Notes: generated by a model not told the origin, from the sequence alone. A stretch of DNA of 48,345 bases from Anaerolineales bacterium (GCA_034434415.1 DAOTZF010000172.1:1-48345), one strand, 5' to 3'. Positions 20,147 to 30,682 are shown, counted from the stretch's first letter. Program-made: numbers and translations.

Positions 20147-20950
20147 TCAACCAATCGTCTTCATGCTTGCTGCTTGTTGATAGATAGCATCACACATCTC
20201 TCGAACAATCGCTGTATCTTTTGACGGAAGCTGCCGCGCCTTTTTTACGCTTTCCGATGAGATCTTTCGGAGGTAATCATTTCGAAATTCGACTTCTACA
20301 AAATCGTAGACGGCAGGCAAATGTGTAACCTTGCGCGTCACGAGATCGTCATAATCCAAAATCATTAATTGCTCAGGGTCAAGCTGTCGCTTTAATTCAA
20401 ACACCTGCGCGGTCTTGGAGATATAGCTATAACAAGCCTGGCGTATGCGGGACACCCCTTGAACCCCAAATATTTCATACAAGATCACATCCCTTCCCCG
20501 AAGTAATTCAGCACCACATTCACGAAACAATCGAACAAGTGCATCTGGGGTCCAATTATGAAGAAGTGAATAAACCACAGAGTACGGGTTTCTCAAGACC
20601 CAAATCAATTTGTACGATCCCCGGTGCTCAAAATATTCACGATAGCAATTATTCACATAAGTCGTTTGAAAACAATAACGGCCTTTTGGGGAATGCCCTA
20701 CGTAACCGGAGAGGATCAATGCCGCATCCAATTCATCATCGGGTCCGAACCAATAATTAGTCATACCGTCGCTTTGCGTGAGGATTCTGGAAAGTATGGT
20801 AGTCCCAGATCGCTGACAACCCGCAACTAGTATAGAGTTTGGAAAATCATCCAGCCTTTTTAGAAGTTGGCAACCCCTGGAGCGAACCCGCGAAGAAAAT
20901 TGTCCCCAATCTGTGATGAACTCTCTTGATGGCCAGAAAGTTTCTGCCAT
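20147..20950 (-). CDS. PAPS-dependent sulfotransferase
   Basis: 5'-PSB loop ILVAGCQRSGTTILSRIL; 3'-PB VLRNPYSVVYS; LDYDDL. Confidence 0.85.
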   Translation of the reverse strand: MAETFWPSREFITDWGQFSSRVRSRGCQLLKRLDDFPNSILVAGCQRSGTTILSRILTQSDGMTNYWFGPDDELDAALILSGYVGHSPKGRYCFQTTYVNNCYREYFEHRGSYKLIWVLRNPYSVVYSLLHNWTPDALVRLFRECGAELLRGRDVILYEIFGVQGVSRIRQACYSYISKTAQVFELKRQLDPEQLMILDYDDLVTRKVTHLPAVYDFVEVEFRNDYLRKISSESVKKARQLPSKDTAIVREMCDAIYQQAASMKTIG

Positions 20951-20957
20951 TATGGCT

Positions 20958-22463
20958 CTATTCCGAAACCCGTCGCCGATAAATGATAAGCATGATACCT
21001 ATTAAAATCAACACCGGCAAAATTCCCAAAATAAGAGGCAGGGCGGGATTGCTACTATCATCAGATTCAAGAAGCGCGGGAACTGATGTAGAAGCAGGAG
21101 ATGGAATCAATGGAAAATCGATAGAAGTGGGTACCGCCGCATTCTCGGACGTGGGAAGAGTCGGGTATGGAACAGATGCTGACTCAGGCGCGTCGAGCAT
21201 CATGTAGCTATACCAAACACCTGATTGTCCAACCCCTTGATCTTCGATCCATGTTGCAAGAAGTACATTTCCCTGACTCACAATTGCTCGTATGTTAGAG
21301 GATTGAACTGAAGGGATAAACCGCTCCGGGTTGCTCCATACTCCATCCTTGTAGGTGCTATGCCAAATTCCTCCAATGACCACATTCTTATTATCATCAA
21401 CATATTCGATGCGCTGAATAAAGATCGCGTGAACAACATGATTAGAGTCTGTGACGATCATATGTTCACCACTTCTACCGTTATGGCGATAGAACGGAAC
21501 GACGGGCACCTCCCAAGTATCCCCATTATCCTTCGAAACACTCACCATTTGGACAGGGCGGCCGGCGGGAACTGGCAATCCATCGAATGGGTTACCACCG
21601 TTATACATAATGACTACTTCGTTACCCGTATCCACCATCGATGGATAGGATGGCCCAAAAAAGCCCCTTTCATCGGGTTTTTCGAGCAGTGTCAATGGCA
21701 CGCTCCAAGCCTGCTCAGCGATATCGAAGTTGGCATAATGAAGAGATTGATCCTCACCTAATATCGTAACTACGCTCCAAGCCGCATGTACACGTCCTTC
21801 ACGTCCCATGGCAAGGCGGAGGCTAAATGGAAGTAAAGTAGAATCGTACGTCAAATAGATCGGTGCAGACCTAGACCACGTTTCGCCGGAGTCGGTGGAG
21901 TGAATTCCATAAACTCCGATGCCCATACTTTCACCATTGTAGATAACAACCAAGTTTCCTTCACCATCACCGGTAATAGCGGCAGATGTGGTTTCGACAG
22001 AGCGATTTCCAATAATAACGGGCTTCGTCCATGAGAAACCTGAATCTGCATTTTGCACAGGTGCTTTAGAATAGAAAATATGAGCACTTTCAGCAGATCC
22101 TCCCCAAAAAATTACATGGATAAATCCCTTTTTATCGAGAAACGCACCTTGGATCACCGCGTCACCAGAGGGCGATAGCAAGATATCTGTTGTCTTGGTC
22201 CATCCACCCGACACACTCCATTGCCTATAAACGATTCCTCTCTGAAATGTTTCCTCGCTGATGACTTGGCTGGCGAACACATGTACAGTTTGGTTTTGAT
22301 CGGCCACCATATAAGGTGTAAAGGTGCTGTCAAGATAGCCGGGTATTCTATCATCAGGCTGCCATTGATTTTGTATTTGCGCTGAAACCTTCGAAACATT
22401 CGCGGATAAGACGAACAACCCGATGGTAAACAACGCTAACCAGATAGAGTGACGATTCTTCAC
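20958..22463 (-). CDS. Exported Asp-box (BNR) beta-propeller protein with C-terminal membrane anchor
   Basis: Signal peptide ending VSA-Q; STDSGETW and SKDNGDTW Asp-boxes; P/S/T linker, TM helix, RRR tail. Confidence 0.8.
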   Translation of the reverse strand: MKNRHSIWLALFTIGLFVLSANVSKVSAQIQNQWQPDDRIPGYLDSTFTPYMVADQNQTVHVFASQVISEETFQRGIVYRQWSVSGGWTKTTDILLSPSGDAVIQGAFLDKKGFIHVIFWGGSAESAHIFYSKAPVQNADSGFSWTKPVIIGNRSVETTSAAITGDGEGNLVVIYNGESMGIGVYGIHSTDSGETWSRSAPIYLTYDSTLLPFSLRLAMGREGRVHAAWSVVTILGEDQSLHYANFDIAEQAWSVPLTLLEKPDERGFFGPSYPSMVDTGNEVVIMYNGGNPFDGLPVPAGRPVQMVSVSKDNGDTWEVPVVPFYRHNGRSGEHMIVTDSNHVVHAIFIQRIEYVDDNKNVVIGGIWHSTYKDGVWSNPERFIPSVQSSNIRAIVSQGNVLLATWIEDQGVGQSGVWYSYMMLDAPESASVPYPTLPTSENAAVPTSIDFPLIPSPASTSVPALLESDDSSNPALPLILGILPVLILIGIMLIIYRRRVSE

Positions 22464-22532
22464 CTATGCCTTCTTTGCCTTTGCACGAAGAAAATCGTGC
22501 GATTGATCAAACCTGAAGAATTTGACAACAAC

Positions 22533-25187
22533 CTATTTTTTCCTGAACGCTAGGCTTGAAAAAACAAAAATCATAACACCCAAAGCGATCAAAAACACCA
22601 CAAGACCCAGGATATTCCTGATCACTGGTGACGAATCGTCTTCCAGCGCTGATAACTGTGTCAACTGCGTTGGAACGTCAGCCACAATAGTTGGAACAAG
22701 GGTTTGTGCGACCGAGATCTCAGGGTGCGAAATTTCTGCCGGAATGGGTGTAAGATTTCCGTTTGACCTGCCCAAAGAACGATCGATACTCAGAATTTCG
22801 TTGACCAGGTCACCACCCTCATCGTAGTATCGTGCCAAAATACAAATGTTGATGAAACCATTGGGAGTTAATCCACCAGCAATGGAAAACTGAGCGTCAC
22901 GACCACGGAATGTAAATTCCTGAAACACCTCTTTAATCCATGCCTGTCCATCCCAACGCGAGTCATGAACAATTAGTTTGATCTGGCCTGTACCTTGAAG
23001 AGAATCGTCCTGCTCAAGCCGTATAAAATGCAGCTCCTGAACGCCGTCAAAAATCAAACCCACAACTGATGAAGAATCGGAAACCGAGGTGATATCGATT
23101 GAGTTTTCCCATGTGACACCCCCATCCCGGGAAATCTGACTCAAGTTCGCAAACTCGGAATTTTTTTCCTCCTGCCAGAACCTGTGAATAATATTACCCT
23201 CATAACTGATAATTTCACTCCACATGATTTCGCCATCTCCCACTTTTAGCGGTTCACTCCAGGTGACTCCACTATCTGCGGACTGTAAATAGTATAACTC
23301 GACCGGCTTCTCTTGCATTGTAGCGTATCGCGTGAATAGTGCATGCAATCGACCATCATCGCTCAAGGTTACCTCGGGGTTACCGACCATTTGCCACCCC
23401 GCGGACTCCGCGTCGAAGACCCTCAAAGGAGATGACCATGTGAGACCCTTATCTTCAGATAGAGTCATGTAAATGCCACGATTCTCATTAACGGGAACTG
23501 CGTAGACTATACCGATTCTTCCTGCGGAATCAACAAAAACATCCGGTGCGCCATTCCACTGGGATGGGGATGGTAGCACCAACGGACTCGCCCATTCAGC
23601 CGCATTAACGGCACGGTCGCTATTTGCCCAACTGTATAACATATCCCCGGTTTCCTCATCGATCCAAGACAGTTCAAGCCTGCCTTGATTGCTGGTAGCA
23701 ATTGACAGTTGCGATGGGTACCCGGAAAGATTGGATTGGATCTTCTGTGGAGTGGACCAATTTTTACCATCCCAACGGGCATAAACAATGGCACTGCCCG
23801 ATAAGGATATATCGGTCACAGGCGATTCTGCCCAAACCGCGTGAACAATTTCTTTATCCGACGTAAATGCTAGGGAAGAGATTTCCCTCGATGAATTGAC
23901 AATTGAAGTAGGGGGACTCCAAATCGTCGAAGGGGAAAACCAGCCCTCCCACGATGCAAGCGAACGCGATGTAAACCAAATGTCCCCGCCTTTTCCTAAA
24001 TCGCAACCAATTAGCAATAAAAGGTCGCGAGTGATGATGTCTTGAAAGCAACCTAACATGATGGTTTCAAAAGTGAGAGGATCTGAAAAAAGAGAAATCT
24101 CCTCCTGTATTTGAGGCTCGCTCCAAGCAGTGCCATTCCACGCTAACAGGGCAGGAGAATTTCCCGGATAGGTCAGCAATATGATTGGCACGCTCGGTTT
24201 AAACATGATTAAACGTACCTGCTCAGGGCATACTGATTGACTACCCATAATCAACTCTGGTGTTTCCCAATCACTGGATCCATCTCGCAACCATTGAGCA
24301 TAAAGGCTGCATTGACCCGCACCTGGCTCGCCGACTTGCCAGAGAAACAACACAGACTTTTCGAAGATTCCCATCTCGGCGCCGAAAGGGATACCGAATC
24401 CACCGGTATCTTCCGGCCCTTTGACTTGTTCTATCTCGGCCCAGCTTACACCAGCATCGGACGAGGAAGTAAGGTAGATCCTTTTTTGCGATCGAACATC
24501 CCAACCAACATACACTTTCGGGTTTTCCGGATCGTCCGAAGCAACAACACGTATACGAGAATCTTTGAGGCTTGTTGTGCGAAGGTAGGAAGATTCAAAT
24601 ACGACATGGGCTGGCAACCACGAGGTTCCATCTGATGAGTATTGATACGAAATGCCTTCAGGATTAAGCGAGGTGATATAAGCCAAATGTAAATTACCTC
24701 GGGGTGTTAAATCTACATCGAAGTTCACAATATAACGTGCAAGGATTCTGGTATTACCCCAATTCGCTGGTATCCCCAAAGCATCTGATGTTGCCCGGCT
24801 GTAACGAAGATTCAAACCATCGATCCAGAAGATGTGAACAATGCCATCAGAGCCTGCCACCAACCTAACGGGATCGCCTCTAAGCGAAAACGGGAAGTTA
24901 CCTTTAACCGGTGAAGTCCAAGTACCCCCCCCATCTTCACTCTTAGAATAACGGTACACCTCTTCAAACACATCGAACCAGAGGGTATGTATCACCCCAT
25001 CTGAACTGACCACACTGACTGGCGAGGCAGAATCGCCAGATCGCGAGATATTAACAGGCTCGGTCCATTCCTGCGATGATTGTGCAAAACTGTTGCCAAC
25101 ATTTCCAATCGTTATTCCTACAAACACACAAGCGGTACCGATGATACGGGCAATTTGAGAGTGAGAGATTTTCACAGGTTTCTCCAT
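22533..25187 (-). CDS. Large exported Asp-box (BNR) protein, probably two propellers, with C-terminal membrane anchor
   Basis: Signal peptide ending SFA-Q; SEDGGGTW, SSDGTSW, SSDAGVSW, SEDKGLTW, SADSGVTW, SRDGGVTW; P/T linker, TM helix, RKK tail. Confidence 0.8.
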   Translation of the reverse strand: MEKPVKISHSQIARIIGTACVFVGITIGNVGNSFAQSSQEWTEPVNISRSGDSASPVSVVSSDGVIHTLWFDVFEEVYRYSKSEDGGGTWTSPVKGNFPFSLRGDPVRLVAGSDGIVHIFWIDGLNLRYSRATSDALGIPANWGNTRILARYIVNFDVDLTPRGNLHLAYITSLNPEGISYQYSSDGTSWLPAHVVFESSYLRTTSLKDSRIRVVASDDPENPKVYVGWDVRSQKRIYLTSSSDAGVSWAEIEQVKGPEDTGGFGIPFGAEMGIFEKSVLFLWQVGEPGAGQCSLYAQWLRDGSSDWETPELIMGSQSVCPEQVRLIMFKPSVPIILLTYPGNSPALLAWNGTAWSEPQIQEEISLFSDPLTFETIMLGCFQDIITRDLLLLIGCDLGKGGDIWFTSRSLASWEGWFSPSTIWSPPTSIVNSSREISSLAFTSDKEIVHAVWAESPVTDISLSGSAIVYARWDGKNWSTPQKIQSNLSGYPSQLSIATSNQGRLELSWIDEETGDMLYSWANSDRAVNAAEWASPLVLPSPSQWNGAPDVFVDSAGRIGIVYAVPVNENRGIYMTLSEDKGLTWSSPLRVFDAESAGWQMVGNPEVTLSDDGRLHALFTRYATMQEKPVELYYLQSADSGVTWSEPLKVGDGEIMWSEIISYEGNIIHRFWQEEKNSEFANLSQISRDGGVTWENSIDITSVSDSSSVVGLIFDGVQELHFIRLEQDDSLQGTGQIKLIVHDSRWDGQAWIKEVFQEFTFRGRDAQFSIAGGLTPNGFINICILARYYDEGGDLVNEILSIDRSLGRSNGNLTPIPAEISHPEISVAQTLVPTIVADVPTQLTQLSALEDDSSPVIRNILGLVVFLIALGVMIFVFSSLAFRKK

Positions 25188-25190
25188 TAT

Positions 25191-27026
25191 CTATGGCTTC
25201 ACTGTCAACGTATTTAACGTTTCTCGCATATTAACAGCATATGAGGACAACTCAGGTAAGCCTTGCGTAGACCAATACCAAACATATGTATCTAATTCAT
25301 ATACCGCCTCGGGAATGGTGGCAAGAAGACCATGAGCAAGCCCCCGATTTCCGCTCCAGGTATATGAAAAGCCAAGCGACTTTACAATGCCTCGGTGTCG
25401 GGGTGATTGAATATATGCGGTTTTTAAAAATTTTGTTGCCGGGACAAAATCTCTCCGCAACATGGCGATTAAGCCAAGTCGGTGATTCGCCGTCCGGTTG
25501 TTGGGATCAGCCTCCACGGAGATTCGAAGCGAGGTTTCGGAATCCCGTAGTAAACCAACTATGGAGGGATCCGCCCATTGATTAGCGGGAAATCCATCCA
25601 GTTCTACCCACGCCATCTGCACCGCGCCAAGATTGGAGTACCAAATGGATTTCAATGTACCTTGATAAATGAAGATTAATGCCGCGAGGACCGCGCCAAC
25701 AGAACCATACACAATTATATCCGCGCGCGAAAAACGGTTCGCACGTTGAATCATCGGCCGGGTTCCGGATGAATTCGGAACAATTCCCAACAGGGCCAGC
25801 GAGAACAACGCGCCGTTCTGGTAATAAAGGTAATCATCCACAAATCCATGCAGGGCGGCAATCACCAAAGAACCGAGCACGATCCAGTTCATGAAAGTGT
25901 CGCCCGAAGATTTGGGCGATGCAATATTTCGCGTTACTCGCCAAATGGCCGCAACATACAAAACTAAGAAAGCCGATCCGCCGAAAAGTCCCTGTTCAAT
26001 GAAAACATCGAGAAAAAGATTGTGAGAGTTGTGCAGTTGGTAATAGGGAATGTTTAGGATATATTGCGAGTAAAGCCCGGGAAACGAAGCCAACCCGCCT
26101 CCGGTGATGGGAAAGTCTGCCAACAAGTATACGCTTCGAGAGAACAATTCCCAGCGACTTCCATCGCCATAATCACCAGCATCCTCGATATTTCCCGGAG
26201 ACTGCGCAGGACCGGCATATAAAACAAGAATAACCGCTGCCAAATAGATGAATACGAGAGAAGGAAAAACCGCTTCCTTCCCAAGTTTCAGCCTGTTTCC
26301 AATGGGTGTCACGATCAACCATAGGAGTCCGACCCCGATCGCAGCGACGATCGCCATCACCGCTCCACGCGAGGTCGTCATCACTATCGCGGAAAAGATC
26401 AGGAAAAACCCCGCAACGATCAGCCGGGTGATTCGGGGCGATCGGAAAATTTTGTTTTCACGCGCAAGAAGCAAATAAAACCCGAATGGCGCCATGACCG
26501 CGGCAAACCCAGCCACGTAATTCGGGTGAATCGCTCGCAAGCCGAATTCGGGTCTTAGCCACATGATCGCCCGCCCAATCACATTGACGACCTCGATCTT
26601 CCGCGGAACAGCAACAAAATCATGTGTAAGGAAAAAATATACGGCAACGCCTACACCTACGCTGAAAAATCCCGCAGAAATCCAAATCAGGTTTTCGCGT
26701 GGCTGTGAACGAAGCGCATAATAAAATACCGCTGCCATTAAGAGTAGGTTGAGTTTTTGCAGGGCAGTATATTTGTCGTACGATGCCCAAAATCCTGCGA
26801 AGGCGGTTAACACAAATATGGCGAGCAACAAGTCAACACGTGTTCGCCGGAACAAGGGCTCGCCAACGGCAAATCGAAAGCCCCAGGGTATCAGAGAAAC
26901 GGCAACTGCCCAAATCCCAAAACCTGGAACGAGGCATAAAGCCGCCCCACAAATCGCCACGATGCAAAGTTCGGCGAGCGCAAATCTACGGCTATTGACC
27001 GTTGCGTGCCACGATGTCGCGTTCAT
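25191..27026 (-). CDS. O-antigen ligase / O-oligosaccharyltransferase-like protein with C-terminal TPR-like region
   Basis: Multi-TM; HPN, TTSRGA, FPITGGGLASF, HNSHNLFLDVFIEQGLFG; tail ADPNNRTANHRLGLIA is TPR-like. Confidence 0.82.
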   Translation of the reverse strand: MNATSWHATVNSRRFALAELCIVAICGAALCLVPGFGIWAVAVSLIPWGFRFAVGEPLFRRTRVDLLLAIFVLTAFAGFWASYDKYTALQKLNLLLMAAVFYYALRSQPRENLIWISAGFFSVGVGVAVYFFLTHDFVAVPRKIEVVNVIGRAIMWLRPEFGLRAIHPNYVAGFAAVMAPFGFYLLLARENKIFRSPRITRLIVAGFFLIFSAIVMTTSRGAVMAIVAAIGVGLLWLIVTPIGNRLKLGKEAVFPSLVFIYLAAVILVLYAGPAQSPGNIEDAGDYGDGSRWELFSRSVYLLADFPITGGGLASFPGLYSQYILNIPYYQLHNSHNLFLDVFIEQGLFGGSAFLVLYVAAIWRVTRNIASPKSSGDTFMNWIVLGSLVIAALHGFVDDYLYYQNGALFSLALLGIVPNSSGTRPMIQRANRFSRADIIVYGSVGAVLAALIFIYQGTLKSIWYSNLGAVQMAWVELDGFPANQWADPSIVGLLRDSETSLRISVEADPNNRTANHRLGLIAMLRRDFVPATKFLKTAYIQSPRHRGIVKSLGFSYTWSGNRGLAHGLLATIPEAVYELDTYVWYWSTQGLPELSSYAVNMRETLNTLTVKP

Positions 27027-27049
27027 GACTTCAGCAATTGACCGGCTTG

Positions 27050-28720
27050 CTACCCTGCCCCACCCACCGGCGCGCCTTCGTCGGAGGAAGCCCAGAACAA
27101 GTGCTGTAAGCCAACATTAATGGCGGTCTTCATCGTTGACCAATCGTACAGCAACATCTTGAGATAGGTCATCACGGGTCCCGGACGGAACGCCCATTCG
27201 CGGAAAGCGCGTTTCTGCCAATACAATAGTCGTTCGGCGGGCATGTTGGGATAATCCAACACGGTGCCTTTGTCCATATCTACTTGCTCCCAGCGGGTAC
27301 CGGGGCGGAACCATTTATTCTTGACCACTTCAAAGAAGAACGGTGTGCCGGGATATGGAGCCGCGACATGGAATAAGGCAATATCGAGCGGCAATTTCTT
27401 GGCAAAATCGATCGTCTGGCGGATGGTTTCCTCCGTCTCGCCGGGCAAACCGATAATGAAGTAGCCCCAGTTCATGATGCCGGCCTTTTTCGCCCAGCGC
27501 AACGCGCGTTCTGCTTTGTCGGGATATGCGCCCTTGCGCGCGTGTTTGAGAATCTGTTCGTTGCCGCTTTCGATACCCCAGGAGATCAGTCGACAACCCG
27601 CCTTTCCCATCAACATCAACATCTCCTCGTCCACATAATCCACGCGGCTGTTGGATGTCCACTTGATTCCGATCTTTTCGTCGATCATCATCTTGCAAAG
27701 ATCGACCACCTGATCGCGGGAGACGGTGAACAGGTCGGCGTACATATGGATGTTGTTGATGCCGAGCTTTTTCAAATACCACAGTTCTTCCATGATTTTC
27801 TTCGGCGAGCGCAGACGCGTGGCATATTGGTAACTGACGTGCTTGATGCAGTACGTGCACCCTGCAGGGCAGCCGCGGCTGGTGACGATGAACGTGAACG
27901 CGCCTTTGATCAACGGCATGCGGTACGATTGCAATGGAAGCAACTCGTGCATCGGAATCGGCATATCGTCCAGGTCCGCGATGAAGGAACGCGGGAAGTT
28001 CAGGATGATCTCATCGCCTTTGCGCCACGCAATCCCTTTGATGCCGTGCATGTTCACACTTCCGTCTTCGTTCAACGACGGTTTATACATCGGATCATGT
28101 TTGTTGAACATTTGCACGATTTCGGGCGAGCGCTCACCGATCTTCCCTTCGAGGTGATCGAGCAGATCACGAATCGTCAGATCGGGTTCGCCGACGAGGG
28201 CAAAATCGAGGCTGGGATACGGGCGCATCGTCTCCACAGGAATCGGTGTGATGTGCGTGCCGAAAGCGATGGTCTTAGCCCCGCGTGCATGAGCAAGGAA
28301 ACAACCATAAATATCGTTTTCGAGTGTCGGTGCGGTCATTTGCGTCAGATAATATTTCGGCTGGTATTTGTCCAATAGTTGGGTAAATTCGGGCCAGCCC
28401 ATGCGCTCCGCGTTGCAATCCACGACCTTGACTTTGTATACAGGATGCAACAGTGCCGCCATCTGCGCCAGCGAAACCTGAGGCCAGACCATATTCTCAC
28501 GCGTGCGCCGACCGACTCGATGCTGGGTACGAATCCATAACCCGCCGTCGGGGGTGGGAGGATTCACCAGCATGATGTCCACAGCTTCGGGGGAGCGAGA
28601 AGCGGTGAGTAGTCCATCGCGGACGATCACATCCGCATTGGGAAAATCTGCCGAGCGCAGTTTCGGTATATTCCGAGCACCTAGATTCACTGATTTGACG
28701 TCCAACTCTTTATCGTCCAT
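27050..28720 (-). CDS. Cobalamin-binding radical SAM enzyme (class B / HpnJ-like)
   Basis: MLVNPP B12-domain start, GTHIT, VGEPD, TSRGCPAGCTYC (CX3CX2C), GIESG, FIIGLPGET, PYPGT. Confidence 0.9.
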   Translation of the reverse strand: MDDKELDVKSVNLGARNIPKLRSADFPNADVIVRDGLLTASRSPEAVDIMLVNPPTPDGGLWIRTQHRVGRRTRENMVWPQVSLAQMAALLHPVYKVKVVDCNAERMGWPEFTQLLDKYQPKYYLTQMTAPTLENDIYGCFLAHARGAKTIAFGTHITPIPVETMRPYPSLDFALVGEPDLTIRDLLDHLEGKIGERSPEIVQMFNKHDPMYKPSLNEDGSVNMHGIKGIAWRKGDEIILNFPRSFIADLDDMPIPMHELLPLQSYRMPLIKGAFTFIVTSRGCPAGCTYCIKHVSYQYATRLRSPKKIMEELWYLKKLGINNIHMYADLFTVSRDQVVDLCKMMIDEKIGIKWTSNSRVDYVDEEMLMLMGKAGCRLISWGIESGNEQILKHARKGAYPDKAERALRWAKKAGIMNWGYFIIGLPGETEETIRQTIDFAKKLPLDIALFHVAAPYPGTPFFFEVVKNKWFRPGTRWEQVDMDKGTVLDYPNMPAERLLYWQKRAFREWAFRPGPVMTYLKMLLYDWSTMKTAINVGLQHLFWASSDEGAPVGGAG

Positions 28721-28745
28721 TTCAAAACTCCTTCATTCTTAATAA

Positions 28746-29957
28746 CTATCTGCCCATATCCAGTTTTGTGAGTGCCTCACGTTGACTTAGTTCTTCGAGA
28801 ATTCGCAACAACAACCAATACACAACCAACTGAATCCCAACGAGAAATACCATTGCACTGCCAAGCAAATAAAACCACAAGCGCTCGATCTCCCAGCCTT
28901 GCAAACCCAGCACCACACTGGCGACCCCGATCGTAAACCCAACCAGCATTGCAACCACACCCATCCATCCGAATTGTTGATCGAGCGGTGTTTTGAAGAT
29001 CGGCTTGCCAAACAATCCCTGCTTAATGGGTTTCTTATAGAACAGTGCAATGAGATAGTTGAATGTAATGCCAAGCGCAAAAACGTTGATACCCGCCACT
29101 GCCGAGATCATTCCGAGAAACAACGCGGCAACACCAACAGAATTCAATGAGGTGATTCCGTTCAATCTGGCAATCACAAGACCAAGTACAACCAATCCAG
29201 AAATTCCCAGCGCTGCCAGCCCGAGCAAACCGAGGATGCGTACCGGGTTATAGGACATCGCCGTCCAAACCATGCTTTGTAAAAAGATTCGCCCATCGCG
29301 AATCGCGCTCAACTTCGACCTGCCTACCCGCTCGCTATAAGGAATCGGCACTTCTTCGATCTTGATGCCTTCATGCAGGGCACGCGTGCTCATCACAGGA
29401 GTCAGGTTCAAACCATCGGGTAGCGGATATATGTGCTCCAAAATTTCGCGCTTGAAGACGCGCATGCCACTCGCGCTGTCTGTAACTCGATGCCTGCCCA
29501 GGATGGTCAACAATGTGGCGAAGATGAAGTTCCCCACGCGTCGGACAAGGGGCATCTGGCTCCGCTCCCCTGCCATTCGCGAGCCAATGACGAGATCGTG
29601 CCCGTTCATTGCCGCCTGGCAAAGTTTCGGGAAGTATTCCGGCGGATATGTTCCGTCCGCATCTAAAAACCCGATAAGTTCGCCCTTCGCCTTCGAGAAA
29701 CCGGTCTTTAACGCCGCACCGTAGCCTTTGTTCTTGGGGTGCCGGATCAAGGTCACGCCTTTGATCTTCGAGGCAACTTCCACCGTGTGGTCGTGCGACC
29801 CGTCATCAACAACCAGCAATTCCAGTTCTTTGATGCCCACTTTCTTCAGGGCAGGTTTCACCGCGAGCACTCGCTGCGCGATCTCTGTAATCCCGTCTTC
29901 TTCGTTATATGCTGGAATGACCACCGATAAAATCGTCATGGATTTCCTTTCGATCAC
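28746..29957 (-). CDS. Polyprenyl-phosphate glycosyltransferase (DPM1/GtrB-like GT2) with C-terminal TM helices
   Basis: [53 protein letters not shown]; four hydrophobic C-terminal segments. Confidence 0.88.
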   Translation of the reverse strand: MIERKSMTILSVVIPAYNEEDGITEIAQRVLAVKPALKKVGIKELELLVVDDGSHDHTVEVASKIKGVTLIRHPKNKGYGAALKTGFSKAKGELIGFLDADGTYPPEYFPKLCQAAMNGHDLVIGSRMAGERSQMPLVRRVGNFIFATLLTILGRHRVTDSASGMRVFKREILEHIYPLPDGLNLTPVMSTRALHEGIKIEEVPIPYSERVGRSKLSAIRDGRIFLQSMVWTAMSYNPVRILGLLGLAALGISGLVVLGLVIARLNGITSLNSVGVAALFLGMISAVAGINVFALGITFNYLIALFYKKPIKQGLFGKPIFKTPLDQQFGWMGVVAMLVGFTIGVASVVLGLQGWEIERLWFYLLGSAMVFLVGIQLVVYWLLLRILEELSQREALTKLDMGR

Positions 29958-30682
29958 AAATGATAAATTCGCCGGTCAGGTTTGGCGGCACTGCCATCAA
30001 TGTTGCGGATGGGTTTGGCGGGCACGCCTCCGACCACCGTGTGAGGAGGCACATCCTGCGTAACGACCGCGCCCGCCGCAACGATGGCGCCTTTTCCCAC
30101 TCGTACACCGTCAGTGATGACTGCACCGGCGCCCAGCCAGACATCATCTTCGATGACAATCCCCTCCGCCGTAATGCCCTGTTCAACGAACGGACGATGC
30201 GGGTCATCGAATACATGGTTTACCGCGATGATCTGCGTGAACGGCGAGGTATAGACCCGGTCACCGATCTGCACGCCGCCTTGCCCGCGGATGATCGAGT
30301 ACTCTCCGATCAGGCTATCGTTACCGATCTTGATACCAGATTGGGGCATACCCCGAAAGTTATACACATGCAGAACCGCGCCGTGCATCACGATCGTACC
30401 GCGTCCGATCTCGATTCCGTTGGGGCAGGCGTGCAAATACGTCCCGTGGTCCAGATACGAACCGTGTCCCAATTTGATGTAGTTTGCAAATCGTAGTCGC
30501 ACATTGTTTTCTATCGCCGCGAACCCGTCCATGTTCAGAATCAATTTGTACAAAACACTGCGAAGGGCAATCCCAACAATCGTGGGGATCCACCCAAGCA
30601 GGATGATGAAAAATTGTTCATAGAAATACCGGGTGACCGAGGATGCCTGACGGCTGAGATATAAGCGGATGTTTGCCAGCAT
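29954..30682 (-). CDS. Hexapeptide-repeat (maltose/galactoside-type) O-acyltransferase
   Basis: [47 protein letters not shown]. Start moved to ATG 30682 to avoid overlap with gmhB. Confidence 0.88.
   Translation of the reverse strand: MLANIRLYLSRQASSVTRYFYEQFFIILLGWIPTIVGIALRSVLYKLILNMDGFAAIENNVRLRFANYIKLGHGSYLDHGTYLHACPNGIEIGRGTIVMHGAVLHVYNFRGMPQSGIKIGNDSLIGEYSIIRGQGGVQIGDRVYTSPFTQIIAVNHVFDDPHRPFVEQGITAEGIVIEDDVWLGAGAVITDGVRVGKGAIVAAGAVVTQDVPPHTVVGGVPAKPIRNIDGSAAKPDRRIYHL

Noticed and set aside
20958..25187. Calling the Asp-box proteins sialidases
   Set aside because: Asp-boxes occur in many propeller proteins and the catalytic residues could not be identified by eye.
27542..28378. 278-aa plus-strand ORF
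   Set aside because: Antisense shadow of the radical SAM gene.
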